A stretch of DNA of 63,998 nucleotides, counting the filler, from Folioceros fuciformis (taxonomy: Eukaryota), in assembly GCA_049999805.1 (NCBI GenBank). It is 11 parts of 11 records of this genome, joined end to end, with 100 filler letters (N's around TTAATTAATTAA, not from the genome) between each part and the next. Parts side by side here need not be neighbours in the genome. Positions count along the whole stretch, not along the records: positions 12,510 to 16,154 come from JBNGIO010003962.1; positions 16,255 to 23,083 come from JBNGIO010003963.1; positions 23,184 to 26,831 come from JBNGIO010003964.1; 8 more parts are not named here. One strand, 5' to 3'. Both the position numbers and the translations under genes were made by a program. Position 1 is the stretch's first letter, and each line of letters begins with the position of its first letter. A model generated the notes under the pieces. It saw only the letters and a program-made list of their open reading frames with translations, was not told the origin of the DNA and made no database searches. This document shows positions 12,410-25,690 of the stretch, piece after piece.

Positions 12410-12509
12410 NNNNNNNNNNNNNNNNNNNNNNNNNNNNNNNNNNNNNNNNNNNNTTAATTAATTAANNNNNNNNNNNNNNNNNNNNNNNNNNNNNNNNNNN
12501 NNNNNNNNN
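12410..12509. other. Artificial scaffold linker N44-TTAATTAATTAA-N44 (also at 16155, 23084, 26832, 31248, 40096, 44556, 55192, 57345 and 62759)
   Basis: The same 100-nt structure, with a six-frame stop 12-mer, occurs ten times. Confidence 0.97.
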
Positions 12510-13223
12510 CATTGGAGCAGAACGTCAAGCTGCAAATGGATGTAGGAGCTGAGCTGGAAAATGTGACTATGTATCGACAGATGGTCGGAAGTTTGATCCA
12601 CTTGACTATCACACGTCCTGACTTAAGTTATGCAGTGGGACTGATTAGTCAATTCATGCAGAACCCAAGGAAACCGCACTTGGATGCAGTTAGAAGAATC
12701 ATGAGATACTACTGAGTTTGGATTGCTCTATGAGCATAGGGAGCATCTTGAACTGACAGGATATACAGAGGCTGATTGGGTTGGTTGTGCGTATGATAGA
12801 AGATCAACCAGTGGATATGCATTCAGTCTGGGAAGTAGTATGATCAGCTGGCAAAGCAAGAAACAACTGATAGTTGCTTTGTCAAGCACAGAAGCAGAGT
12901 ATCGAGGAGCTGCAATGGCAGCCTATGAAGCAGCTTGGTTGCAGAAGTTGCTACATGATCTTGGAAATATAGTGAACAGCAAGGTTACAATCTACTATGA
13001 CAACATGAGTAGCATGAGGTTGGCTACTAATCCTGTGTTTCATGCTCGTTCGAAGCACATAGAAGTACATTATCATTTCATTAGGGAAGCAGTATTATCT
13101 GAGAAGATAGATCTTCGGCACGTGAAGACGGAAGACCAAGTAGCAGATATCTTTACTAAGTCACTAGGTAGAGATAAGTTCTTACACTTTCGTGAACTAC
13201 TTGGAGTGTTACAAATAGTCTGA
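12510..13223 (+). mobile_element. Ty1/copia RT C-terminus and RNase H (decayed)
   Basis: YRQMVGSLIHLTITRPDLSYAV, GYTEADW, RRSTSGY, ALSSTEAEY and FHARSKHIEVHYHFIRE. Confidence 0.93.
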
Positions 13224-13227
13224 GCTT

Positions 13228-13430
13228 GAGGGGTAATGTTAGAAATCAAGCTCTAACTGAATTGTTTTTAAGAGCATACAACACTTAGGATAGTGTAGAT
13301 TATCCCATATTGAACTCGTAGTTATCTATCACCTAAGTGTTATCAGGATATACTAGGATATTGCACCCTCGAGACTAAGGCTTACCTTATCGAGGGTTGC
13401 CCCGCCTGAAGGCTATATATGTAGCAAACT
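13228..13430 (+). mobile_element. PPT (GAGGGG) and start of the copia 3' LTR (TGTTAG at 13237)
   Basis: The RNase H stop is followed directly by TTGAGGGGTAA-TGTTAG. The distal end is uncertain. Confidence 0.6.
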
Positions 13431-13439
13431 AAACAAACT

Positions 13440-14005
13440 ATCCATTTAGAAAAATGTTCTATCATCACCAACACATATTTAAAACCTCTACGTGTGACTG
13501 GTAACTCTCTAGCCAAATCCAAACTCCACCTATAAAACATCCCCCTAATAGGCAACGAATGAAGTTGAAAAGTTTTGCCTGAGAAACTTGCCTTCACCCT
13601 ATCACAAACCTCACAAGTAGACACCAACTTCTCAACTACATCCATCATTCCCTTCCAATAATAACTATTCATGAGCAAACTTAATGTTCTTTTTGTACCA
13701 AAATGTCCTAACTCTACATGAATCTTTCTTGCCAAACCCATTCTTTCTTCAGGTCTTGGTAGCACCCTCATGTTATCTTTAAACAACAACTTATTGTCAA
13801 CCCATACATATCTCCTACTTCGCTTTGTCACCCTATCATTTTCCTTCACCGTTAGTGATTCCTGATTACCACCTGTCATCACCCTCTCTAATGTATTCTC
13901 ATCCTCCCACACATCTACTGGCACCAAAGAAACTCCCAACTCCACCAAATTCACCAAGTACACACTAGGTGTCCATCTGGACACCACCAGATTACAGTCA
14001 ACCAC
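13440..14005 (-). mobile_element. Ty3/gypsy integrase fragment (HHCC zinc-binding domain and start of the rve core)
   Basis: IH..LGHFG...YYWKGM...C..C...WSLDL..LP...KYVLVMIEHFSKW. Confidence 0.88.
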
Positions 14006-14718
14006 AACATTCTTATCAAAATCCTGCCTGGCAACTGATGAGTCCTCTATTCACTAGCCGTCTATGAAAGGAAGAGCTATTTGGTGCAGATTGTGGGTGT
14101 AAGGGAGATGGTGGCATCCCGCTAGTGACTTACCAACTCTGGGCAGCCCGACGAGGGCAGCCCCCATTTTGCAGCTTTACGACACGGAGTGAGCTATGGC
14201 GCATGTGAGTAGTCTAACATCTTACTTCGACAACTGCTTCAATTAGGCAATGAGGGCACGGGCAAGGAGCTCTTAGAGCGCAGCCAAGCAGCTACAGCAA
14301 GGCAGCATTTGTGGAGCACCCATCCAGACCCGTTTGTGTGAAGTCTGTCATTTTCCCTTTGCATTGCTAGGGATTTAGGGTTTGTAGGGACTCTAGGGGC
14401 ACGGCCAGACATGTGCATTTAGGCAGCAGCCTTGGAGAACCCCTCTCTTCCTTTGTAGCAACCGTGAGTTTGGAAGGTGCATGCTCAGTGCTGTAGCAGC
14501 TACCTTTCTACTTGCAGCAGCTACATGTTGATCCAAGGCTCTATAGACAGGGCTCAAGAGACTGGCAGCTAAGGCACCACTAAGAAACCACATCGTGGCA
14601 GCCCCAACAAGTCGCTCAGCATTTCACGCACTTAAGCCTCGGGTTTGGGGTTTGAGGGTGTGGACGCCAAACTTCAGGAGAACATAACGGGTGTAATTCC
14701 TCTTGGCTGCCTTGAAAC

Positions 14719-15003
14719 TACATACCAACAGATTTTTCTTGAAGAGCAAACATTTTGGTATGTTTTGCGCTTACTTTTGAGCCGATTCCAGAGACTGATC
14801 TTAGATTTTCAGTGTGGATAAGATCATTGCAAGAGGAGGACATAACGGCTGCAATTCCGCTTGGCTCCCTTTGATCTACATACCAATAGATTTGTCTTGT
14901 AGAGGCAAACATTTTGGTATGCTTTGTGCTCACTTTTAAGCTGATTCCAGGGATTGATCTTAGATTTTCATTGTAGATTAGATCACTGCAGGAAGAGGGA
15001 CAT
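14719..15003. repeat. Diverged direct repeat, two units about 160 bp apart
   Basis: ACATACCAA.AGATTT...GCAAACATTTTGGTATG...GATCTTAGATTTTCA occurs twice. Confidence 0.7.
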
Positions 15004-16007
15004 GGCTGATCATGGATGCTTTGGGGAGGGGTAGATTTCTTGTTCCCTCAGGACTCCAAGAAAGTTGTGTTTCTTTGCTTTATGATCACAGCTACATCTA
15101 CCCAACAAGCCTAGGGAATTGAGATTTTCCAGGGCTAGGATTTTCCCAAAACTAGGGTTATATGGGTAGGGAGTAGCTGAGCTTTGCTCACACTCATTTN
15201 NNNNNNNNNNNNNNNNNNNNNNNNNNNNNNNNNNNNNNNNNNNNNNNNNNNNNNNNNNNNNNNNNNNNNNNNNNNNNNNNNNNNNNNNNNNNNNNNNNNG
15301 CTACAACTAGACGTTGCACGAAGGGAGGCCACCACCAGGAATTTGGGAGGAACTAACCCTCATTTCTTGGTGACATTTGTTGAGAGGCACTCGTGGTTTG
15401 TTGGAACCACACGTTTAGGGGCTCGTTTTGCCTTTGTGAACAGGGGTTTGATTTAGGGGCCAGCAACAGGTAGTAGAATGGTCCTGTGGGTACAGCTGAA
15501 GCAGTGTGTGGCGTCCCAGCGAGAGTCACTTCCCCAGGCCCGGTGTTGCCATTTGTAGCACAGCACCTCACTGTCTTTGCCGAGCACCAGTTGTAGGTGT
15601 AACAAGGGTGCATGGGGTATGCAACCAAATCAAGAAGAGGCCAGCCCACGTTACTGATTGAGGAGTCGAGACATTCCTATTAGGGAATCACCAGAGTGTG
15701 CACAGTAGAGGAGAAGGTGGGCAGCTCGACGACGCCAACTTGCAAGTAAAGAAGACTTGAGAGAGGACTTGGAACCAGCAACATCCGTTGGGCAACCCAG
15801 CTGGTCACCCCTCTTAGACTTGGGCAAGATTGTTATGCTAACTAGCTCAGATTTAGGGGGTTAGCTAGTTTGTCACAAGGAACCTGGACAACAAGGGTCT
15901 CTCAATTCACAACCATCATTTGTGAGGTCACAACAAACACATCCGGGGTTTGCTGGGTCTGTCCTTGGTGTAGGGCAAGGCCGTGACCTATATGAAGGGT
16001 CAGACAC

Positions 16008-16154
16008 CATGGAGGGTAGTTCATCATGGCTTAGGCCGGAGAAATTCTCAGGCAGACCAAGCACCCAATCCTTAAGGGACTTTCGCTTGTTCATCAATGC
16101 AGTCACCAGCAGGGTGAAGTTCAAACATGGTGCTGCCTACAACCACCAGTACAT
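16008..16154 (+). mobile_element. Possible retrotransposon Gag N-terminus, truncated by the scaffold end
   Basis: LRPEKFSG motif resembles the P-x-x-F-x-G start of Ty3/gypsy Gag. The evidence is short. Confidence 0.3.
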
Positions 16155-16523
16155 NNNNNNNNNNNNNNNNNNNNNNNNNNNNNNNNNNNNNNNNNNNNTT
16201 AATTAATTAANNNNNNNNNNNNNNNNNNNNNNNNNNNNNNNNNNNNNNNNNNNNTCGTTGTAGTGACTGGAGTGAGTTTGTGGGCACTGAGAGAGGTGCA
16301 GGTGACCATTGGACAGTGAGGCCTATCCTACGCCTGATCGGAGCTGGAGGGGAGCCCTCGAATCCATCATCGAGTCGATTGAGTCCGACCCTCCATCCAC
16401 AGCAGCAAGGAACCCCATCGCTCCTTCGTGGGAACGAAACCCAATGTCTCAACGACAGTGGGATAAGTGTGGCCACTAAAGGTGGAACCTGTCGGCAATC
16501 AGTGCCCAGGGTTTTGCCTCCAC

Positions 16524-19500
16524 AACAGCGTTGATTGTGGTGGATATATCGGGTCTTGTCTGATTACTTAGGAACATGAGGGTGCCAACTGCTATGCGAT
16601 AAGGAATATTTTCCATCTCCTTCTTGTCTTCTTCAGATTGGGGACATGAGGTAGATGAGAGCTTGACTCCAAACGCTCCTAGGGTGGTTGACGCCCTAGC
16701 ATTCTCCATGTTGAAGCATTTGAGCATACCGGCTACATATCTACCTTGGTGAAGATAGATAGCACCTATGGTATCCCTATGTACATGCATGCCAAGGATA
16801 TACTTAACCTTTCCCAAGTCCTTCATCTCGAATTCCCTATTGAGGTGAGCTTTTATCTTGTTGACTAGTTCAACGTTATTGCCTGGAATGACTAAGTCAT
16901 CCACGTAGAGTGCAACTAGAACAAGTGAGCTATCCTTGCATAGCACATAAATATTAGTATCTGCTTCACTTTGAACAAAACCTATTTTCTTAAGATATGA
17001 ATCCATTCTCTCATACCACAGTCGTGGGCTTTGCTTAAGGTCATAAATTGAGCGATTAAGTTTACAAAACTTTTGTGGACAAGCCTTATCTTCGTAATCC
17101 TCGGGTTGATCCATGTAGATCTCTTCCTTAAGATGACCATAGAGAAAGGTTGTACACACATCAAGCTGATAGATTTCCTAGTTTAGTTCAGCACATAAAG
17201 CAAGGAGCATTCTAACTAATGCGGCCTTGACGACGAGTGAGTAGACCTTATCGCCTTGATAATCCACTCCCTCTTTTTGACTATATCCCTTAGCTACTAA
17301 TCTCGCCTTGTAGCGAATTCGTGGCTCTACTTCCTGGAACTTAGTTTTAAGAACCCATTTGCACTTGACAATGGTCCTACCCTTAAGCAGACTAACCAAA
17401 GTCCAAGTGTTGTTTTTAAGTAATGAGTTGTACTCATCATCAATAGCTAGCTTCCATTTGGCTGCCTCGGGTTTCGAGTAAGCCTCTTGTAAGGTTAAAG
17501 GATCTCCCTCTGCAGCAGTAACACTTAAGGCATAGAGAGCATCCAAAGAATTAACATAGGTTAAGCTAGCTTGATTAAACTCAATATCAAATGGTTGTTC
17601 CTTCCAGAGATGCCTAGGCTGGCGCACACGAGTAGGATATCTACGCTGAGGAGCAGCTGGGGGCCTAGGTGGGGATGGAGGAGTGACAAGTGCTTGAGGA
17701 ATATCATGGGCCACCACGAGTTCAAAAACAACAGGTTCAACATCACCTAGTTCAGTACGTGGGTCCTTAGATACTACCTCGTGGTCTATTTCCATGTCCC
17801 CCTCTTGAGCAGGAACAAGTGACACAGGAGCGGGCTGCACTTGGGGAGCAAGACCAGCAACTGGCGGCACCAGAACTGCTTGAGGGATAGGAGCCACAGG
17901 AGGAGGAGGAACACCAACAGTCGGAAAAGTAAAGGGCTGAACAAAGTGATCAATAGAAGTATCACCAGAAGAGCAAGGAGCGCTCGAGCCAAAGGAAGCA
18001 CCATCTTGCACGTTAAGAGGAGGCTCAAATGANNNNNNNNNNNNNNNNNNNNNNNNNNNNNNNNNNNNNNNNNNNNNNNNNNNNNNNNNNNNNNNNNNNN
18101 NNNNNNNNNNNNNNNNNNNNNNNNNNNNNNNNGAGTCCAAGTCCACGAGCTTGTAGGCTTTGCAGTCATCGCCATAACCGACAAACACCAACTTGCGAGC
18201 ACAAGCATCAAGCTTGTCGCGAAGCTGTGATGGGACAAGAGCATAGGCAGGGCAACCAAAAACACGAAGATGTGAAATTAAAGGCTTGCTCCCATGCCAA
18301 CACTCATAAGGAGTATGGCCAGAAACCGACTTGGTGAGGACTCTGTTCTTAATATACTCCATAGTAGACACAGCCTCAGCCCAAAAGGACTTGGGCAGCT
18401 GGGACTGTGCCAGCATGGCACGAGCCATGGACATCAAATCGCCATTGGCCTTCTCAGCAACGCTGTTTTGCTCAGAAGTGTAGGGCACTGTAAACTGACG
18501 CAAGACACCACGCTGCTCGTAGAAGTCGCGAAACTGATGGTTGTTTAGTTCTCCTGCATTATCGGAGCAAATACACCGAAGTTTACGACTAGTCTGTAAC
18601 TCAGCCATAGTAATAAAGGGTGAGAACACATTAAATGAGTCACTCTTAAGATGGATAGGAAAGGCAAACGCATATCGACTAAAGTCATCCACAACATTCA
18701 TAAAGTGATTTGCTCCGCCTAAAGACGAGACAGGTAGAGGACCACATAAATCTACGTGGACCAAATCAAGAGGTGCCTAAGACCGACGAGCAGGAAGAGT
18801 AGGATAAGGGGAACTTCGCTGTTTAGCAAGGACACAAGCTTCGCAGAGAGGCTGTGTTGATGGAAGCTTAGGAAGTTTATCCCGATACAAGTCCTGCTGG
18901 GAGGTGGCAAGCAGTCGAGCAGGGTTGAGGTGCCCAAGTCGGCAATGCCACAAGAGAGCTGCACCCGGATGCGAGCTCCTATGAGGCTGGTCTCTATGAG
19001 AGGAAACCACTGTAGAGGCAGCCGCTGAAGGCACGGGCTTGCCTGAAAAGACATATAAATCATGACGAGGACGACCTTTAGCAACAATAACCCGGGGGTT
19101 AGAAGTCCGAGGTAACAGACAGTCTCCAGGGCCCAAGTTGAGGCGAAAGGATCCGTCCCGCACGAGCTGTCTAACAGAGATAAGATTCTTGGCCATCTGG
19201 GGAACATGTAGCACATTAGTAAGAAACCATCATCCAAAGTGAAGGTGACGGAACCATGTCCCGCAACAGAAAGGCCAGAGTCATCCCCAAGCAGTACGAA
19301 ACGTCGAGTATTAGCAGATGCTGCATACGTAGCGAACATCGACTTGTGGCTATAGATATGCGCTGACGCTGCAGAATCTATCAGCCAGGAACTCTTGTAC
19401 TCAAAGGTCACAAGACAAACAGTGAGAGCAAGGCCAGGGGTTAGAATGGTTCTTGGCCTTAGTCGAAGCCGCCACAGTATTTGCCGTGCGAGGTTCGTGC

Positions 19501-20536
19501 TTGGCCTCACTAGCTTGCTTCTTCTTGCACTCCCTTTCCCAATGACCTGGGGACTGGCACCAATTGCACGTACCTTGTCGCTTTGGTGTCTTCGACGAAG
19601 AGGGTGCTGAGGAAGCAGACTCAGGAGTACCTATGGAGTTATTCCTTCGATTGTTATTATTATAAGAATTCTTACGCTGCGATTGCCGTCCTTTGGAGAC
19701 GAACATGACTCTCTCTCCTCCATGTTTGGAGGTCCCGACATTGAACCCAGCAAACTCCTCTTTAAGGAGTGCTCCAACGATCTCGAACACGGTGATGTTG
19801 GGAACCATACCCAACTGCACAGCCTGATGTGCATTTCTCACCGTTTGGTTTTGTGAGGAGACAAATGTCTGGTAGCCAGCTGAGAGGCTAGCCAATAACT
19901 GAACAGCAGCTTCAAATTCGGTAATGGTTGTCCCAAGAGCAGCAAGCTGGGCTCGCAAATATCGAAACTTGCTAACGTGCTGAGCAACGCTGTCATTGGG
20001 GCCCATGCGCAAAGAATAGAATTCCAGGCGTACTATGACCAGCATCATCACATTAGTGGACTGATAGATGTCAGTGATTTGCTTCCAAGCTTCAGCAAAT
20101 GTGGACGCACCATTTGTGTGATGTAAGGTAACCTCGTCGGGCCAGGGATCAACATTATCATAGCCTGTCGATCTTGACGAACCCAAGCATCAATGGCAGC
20201 CGGATTAGCGGAGGGCTTGGGAATGGTTCCTTCCACAATGGGGAGAAGATCCTGAGTGTTGAGCGCGGTCTTCATGCGCTTTGACCACACCTCAAACTTC
20301 GTACCGTTAAATCTATCCTTTTCCTTGAAGTCAATATTGATATTAACGACGTTGAAGTAAGGTTGAAGTGGGGGAATACCAACTGGTGGTGGAGGCGGTG
20401 GGTTGCCTGTTGGGCCACCAGAAGGTGGTGGGTTAATGGTTTGCCCACCTGGAGGTGGTGTGGGTGGTGACGAGGGTCTTGATCCTGGCCTTGGAGACCC
20501 AAGAAGCCCCGACCCAAAGGTGGAAGCGCTTGACAT
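16524..20536 (-). mobile_element. Ty1/copia gag-pol, frameshifted
   Basis: Gag (FKEKDRFNG; zinc knuckle CNWCQSPGHWEREC), protease (WLIDSAAS), GAG-pre-integrase (LWHCRLGH), integrase (VDLCGP, VDDFSRY, SDNAGE) and RT (YKARLVAKG, LYVDDL). Confidence 0.95.
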
Positions 20537-22250
20537 CTCTTGTGGATTTTAAACCGAAGTGTAAGCCGACGATACGTTATGACACAACGCCGAGAGTACG
20601 AGTGAAAGAAGAATCACAAGAGATTATGTAATAAAAGTATTACCCTTCGTCCTTTAGAATCCACCCAGCACAGTTATTTCCTCCCTTGCTTCAAGTGATC
20701 TAAAGGAGAGGAGGAGGAGGCTCGGTGACTTCAGCGCTCTCAGAACTAGCACTCCCTTGAAATTCTTGAATTTGGGTTGCCAGGTGGAGAACATATTCGT
20801 TGGCGTGGGCCACTAATTGCCAGAGAGCAAGAATTCTGGCAGGCCGTGTTGGTGGATCGAATGAACCAAGAGAGTCTCCAGACGAAGCATAAATTTCTTC
20901 AATGGATTTCCGGTGAGGATGCACCCGCATTGCCAAACCACGATAGGAGGCAAAGAATCGGCCTCGATCTTCACAGGTGCAAGGTTGAGTCCTTCTCCAG
21001 TCGAAGCAGTAGGAAAAAAAATGGTAAGTCCTTGCTGTGCCGGAAAGTCGCCATGAAGAGGTGCCAACAAGTGTGAAGAGGCACAAAATGGAATCGGTTC
21101 GAAACTAGTGCCAAAATCGTCCGCATTCACACTGGTTCGTGGATAAAACGAACCCACTTGCACGAAACGACGAGTTAAAATGTCGTTTGGGGGGTGTCGC
21201 ACCGATTCGGGGGTCGCGCAGCGATTCGCAGGTGCGTGCGCCTCCCTGCATGCAGGGTGAGCCCTGGGTGCTGCGCTCCATCACAATCGGGATGACGGCA
21301 GCACGCTCCTTGCTAAGTGCCTGCAGCCTCGCCCACTTGCGATGGTGATCTGGCATCGGTGCGCCCTAGAAAATTCCTTCCTCCTGCACAGGATTCAAAC
21401 CAGATTGAGCTCCTTTCTTGCCGTTTTGCCCGTGCACCTAGGCAAAAGCAAATCCACCACAATTCGGACAAATCCTCAGAGATCCTCGTCCTTCAAGATT
21501 AGAGAGGAGAGAATTATTGATTGTCTACTCCTCAGGAAGTGGCAGAAGGCTCCGAGATGCCCAGGGGACATGAGCATCTTTTGAAAACCCATGTTGAAGA
21601 CAATCAACTGTTGGGCTTGATCTTGGGATGCAAGTGCAGGCACGGTTGCGATTGAGGCCAAGAGCTCGGGTCCTTCTGATAAGTTGGAGGTCCTCTCCAA
21701 AAATCAGATCATGATTTGAAGCAAAATGGCCGAAATCCTCCCCAACAAAGTTGCCAGAGAAAAGCAGGAGCTCTCCTGGCACAAATTGCAGCAACCTTGG
21801 TGCGATTCGATGGGCAGGAATTGGAGTTGATCCAAGGCGAGTTGGCCTAGGCAATCGTGCATGAAGAAGACGGGGAGATCGATCCGTCTGGCATTGTCTT
21901 CTGGCCATGATCGGGCTGGTATGTCGCGCACAATGAATTGCAGGGGAAAGGCAGAAGAATCATACAGGCTTCTGTCTGTTCATATCTGCACGAAAGCAAA
22001 TTTTAACCGTAGGAAGTTGACAAGGGGCTGGTAGCCCGACTTCTATCAAAATGCTAGTGTTAAGCACTAAGAGGTTGGATCAGTGTTCAGATGGGGGATC
22101 GATCATATGTGCTCTTAGTTCCCTTTCTTTTTCTTTTTGGAGCAAAGAAATTTTTTTGGTAGGCATTTTCGCAGCCAAGACACCATGCTACCTAGACATT
22201 CTAGGACAAGCAATCTTCTAGGCATAATAAACATAGGCCATCTGAGCCGT

Positions 22251-22263
22251 GGCTCTGATACCA
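22251..22263 (-). promoter_or_regulatory. Primer binding site (tRNA-iMet), TGGTATCAGAGCC
   Basis: The exact canonical plant PBS, oriented with the copia at 16524-20536. Confidence 0.9.
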
Positions 22264-22551
22264 AGATAGAATTGCTAACGCGGAAGCTGATGCATTGAAT
22301 AATGATCTATTAGCAAATTGATTAGGTGGATACAAAGGTAGGCCTCAAGCAGCAGTTTACGAAGGGGTGTGCCCTTTGACTAACCTGCCGGTTAACTAAC
22401 TACACTTATAACTATATCTAGTTAGGCTAACCAAAGTAATACAGAACCACATGGTCTGCCTTATATTCCAACTGAGTTCCCTAATAGAAGAAAGTTGAGC
22501 AACTTCTTAGCTATCCAAAGGAGTACCTGTATCTTTGGCCCTCAATTGTCA
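22264..22551 (-). mobile_element. Probable 5' LTR (~290 bp) of the copia at 16524-20536
   Basis: Directly upstream of the PBS; candidate TGACA start at 22551. Boundaries are inferred. Confidence 0.45.
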
Positions 22552-22681
22552 TCGCTATGGTGTTCATCTCCCCTAGTTCTCGTCAATATGATGCCTATGC
22601 CATTCATATCCTCCTGCTTCCCCTAGTTCTTGTTATGCCCATGCCATTCATGTCCTCTTGCTTCCCCTAGTTCTCATCACT

Positions 22682-23035
22682 ATTTTTTTTGCGAAGAAAA
22701 TAATTATGATTAAATGATCATCCTCTTACAAAACTAAGGGGACCCTTGCTCACGTATTTACAAAGCATGAGTATCATGACTAGGAGGAAAAAACCGACCG
22801 CGTGCCCAGACCACAGGATAGGACGCAGAAAACACTCCTCATCATCCTGACCCTGGCAAATTGCTAAGACTATTCACCTGGTAAATCCATTTAGCTTTAA
22901 ACCTCCACTTTACCCGAAGACCATGGGAGTTCACCTACCCCAAGGGTAGTTGTGGTTCCAATGTTCCTCATTCCCAGGAACTAGGAAACTCGCCGACTTC
23001 CACTCCCTCCGCTTGAATTGTTTCCGATGGGACTG
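22682..23035 (-). mobile_element. LINE 3' end with A-tail
   Basis: The minus strand encodes RKQFKRREWKSASFL..HWNH..PWG, matching RKQFKRKEWRSAGFL..HWNHSGPWG at about 48515-48610. It ends in a T-run on the plus strand. Confidence 0.7.
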
Positions 23036-23429
23036 CTGTTGAGTTATCGAGCTCTATATGAGCTAAACTCATGTGGTGTTAGTNNNNNNNNNNNNNNNNN
23101 NNNNNNNNNNNNNNNNNNNNNNNNNNNTTAATTAATTAANNNNNNNNNNNNNNNNNNNNNNNNNNNNNNNNNNNNNNNNNNNNCTTTCACACAAGGTGCT
23201 TTCACACTTGAATTTTGCTTTTAAGCTTATAGTTTGAACATATAGTGATTTAGTGTACAAACGTTCAAGATTGTGCCCTTCCTCATCCATACCATCGTCC
23301 TGTGGTATGGTGTACACAAACCTTCTGGCATGAGAGCTCCAAAAGTAAGCAGGCAAATGTGAGATCACTCTTCAACTTTCTATCAGCAGCCACCTACCTC
23401 CGACTGGTGCATGCACAAAAACTCTTCAA

Positions 23430-24210
23430 TGAGGTCGATTGGCTCCTAGGTTGAAGCTTTCCCAGCGTCATCAGAGTGCAACGATTAAACTCCTGTGGTC
23501 GACCATAGGGATCCCCCCCAAGGTGAGAGTAACCATTTGGTGCTTCTTCCAAGCTTGCTTGCCTAACGCGGATCGCTACGACAGGTTGCTGGTGGCCGCG
23601 AGGGAGGAGTGGTGCAGGCTATGCTGCGTTGGCGTTCCTCACAAAAGCCAACATATATTATTTCAATGCAATTATGCGCAAGGTATCTGAAACGAAGTTG
23701 GCATATGGTTACAAAGGTGTCTCCCAGAGAGGATCATCTTGGTTACAGAGCAAACCGCCCTGTTCGGGCTTGATGGACAGACGGGAGGGCCATTATTTCA
23801 GAATCAGTGGTGGGAAGTGGTGTGGTCTTTGTCTCTTGTCTACTTGGGGCAAAACTGGACAGCAATGGTCTACAACGGGAAAGACCCGGTATCAAGGAAA
23901 GCTCTGCTATGGCGTATCTGGGAATAGGTTCTTGTGGTTGCGGAGAGCATTCAAACAACCGCCCACACTAAGTTCAGACGAAAAGAGTGGAATTTGGCAA
24001 GATTCCTCGGGCACAATGGCCAGGGGAATCACTCTTGCCCGTGGGGCAGGTAAGCCCGACATAGGCAGGGGATCTCTCGCCCGCAGGATAGATCATGATT
24101 ACTCACTTCTTCAGCGTAGAAACTAGCTTGCATGCTAACTCCTTATTCAGTTGCTTATGTAATACCTATACCTATGCTACAGCTTGATCTGCGGATAATC
24201 AGATTTTTTT
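23430..24210 (+). mobile_element. LINE ORF2 C-terminal zf-RVT region (decayed)
   Basis: LW...IPPKVRVTIWCFFQACLPNAD...C.LC.....SQHILFQC, homologous to about 48040-48260. Confidence 0.75.
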
Positions 24211-24249
24211 TCTTCGTGAATTTTTTATATATATACATCTAGGTTTTCA

Positions 24250-25690
24250 TCTAAGGGTTTGTGGATGTGGCATTTGAAGAGGACTTGGTCCCTTATTCGG
24301 GACCTCTCACAAATCATGGACCCTTAAATAGTATTTATTATTTTTCTTCTTGTTTTATGCCTTAGGTAGGTTACCTCACTAAGATTGTAACCCCTTTTCT
24401 AGCTTTTCTAAAATTTGTGAGAACATGTCATTGCTAGGTTATGTANNNNNNNNNNNNNNNNNNNNNNNNNNNNNNNNNNNNNNNNNNNNNNNNNNNNNNN
24501 NNNNNNNNNNNNNNNNNNNNNNNNNNNNNNNNNNNNNNNNNNNNNCTTTCGTTGTAATTGGCTCTTTTTTGCTCTAGTTGTGGCCACTCGGTTTTCATTT
24601 CAAAATTGCACCTTTTTAGAGGCTTTCATCTCTTCTGTTGAGAAGAGGCTATTTTCTTCACTAATGTCTCTAAGAAAAGTAAGGGACTTCTCACCTCTAG
24701 AGGCTCGGAAGGCCATGCCTAGCTTTTCGTCATCTCTAGAGAAGAGATGTGAGGTCTTAAGGCCTCTGATTATCAAATGCACTATGTGCAAGTGTAAAGG
24801 GCCCTTATTTTGAACTCATTCATCTGCAAGTTCTTCTAAGCCTATGTTTGTTCTTGCTTAGAAAAGGGTACTAGCTCTTAGCTTATCCCTTAACGTTGTA
24901 TTTAGGAGTTCCCCACTTATCTATGATGTGATGAGATTTTGTTTGAGCTTAATTTATCGGTTGGCTTTTTTTTCTCTATACATGCAGTGCATGGTTGTCA
25001 TGGGCGACCCTTAAGTCCTGTTTTGCACGTTGGCCTATCAAAGGGTAGCGCATTGCCATGCAGTGCATGGTTGTCATTGGCGACCCTTAAGTCTTGGTTT
25101 GCATGTTGGCCTGTCAAAGGATAGCGCATTGCCACACTTGATGGTCTTCATGGTGTCATGTTGTCAATGTTTAAGGAATGTGCGTCTTTTTTGAATTATA
25201 GGGAGTGCCTCTACACAGTACTCAACGAGTGCCGCTTAGAGTGTTTTCTCTTTTTCATCTTAGGAGAACAGAGTTATGTTGCTGATATGATCATTACACA
25301 TCCCACTAGGGATTCTAACTACGAGCATGTCATGATTAACCCTCTCTGATTAGATGGTGAAGGGATGCTAGACAGGCAAGTTCCATGGATGGATTGAGCA
25401 TGTTTTCATCTCCGTTGCTCTTAAGACCCATAAAATCATGGGCAAGGACTTTTTCAAGGAAATCTTATTAAAGAGCGTGCGAAAGCACATAATCACGTAA
25501 ATGAGATTCTGCCCCTTTTCTCAATAATAGCCTCCTTACAACAAGACATCTCCATCACTTTGCAAAGGGTGTTAGCCAATATGGTTCGTAAGATAGCCTA
25601 CAATTCAAGTTAGGTGGCTTCATCGACATTGGTGGTGGGTAGAGGCCCTATGATTACAGGACGTCTATCTCAAATGAAGTGATAAATTAG
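24250..25690 (+). mobile_element. Restriction-like-endonuclease (CRE-clade-like) non-LTR retrotransposon remnant, copy A
   Basis: VATRFSFQNCTFLEAFISSVE..SLRKVRDFSPLEARKAMPSF aligns with LASRFLLQDSPVLESFILGVE..SLRQARDSLPLEAREALPPF of copy B. The YRE.../VAD.../GGCAAGGACTTTT segments also align. Confidence 0.65.
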
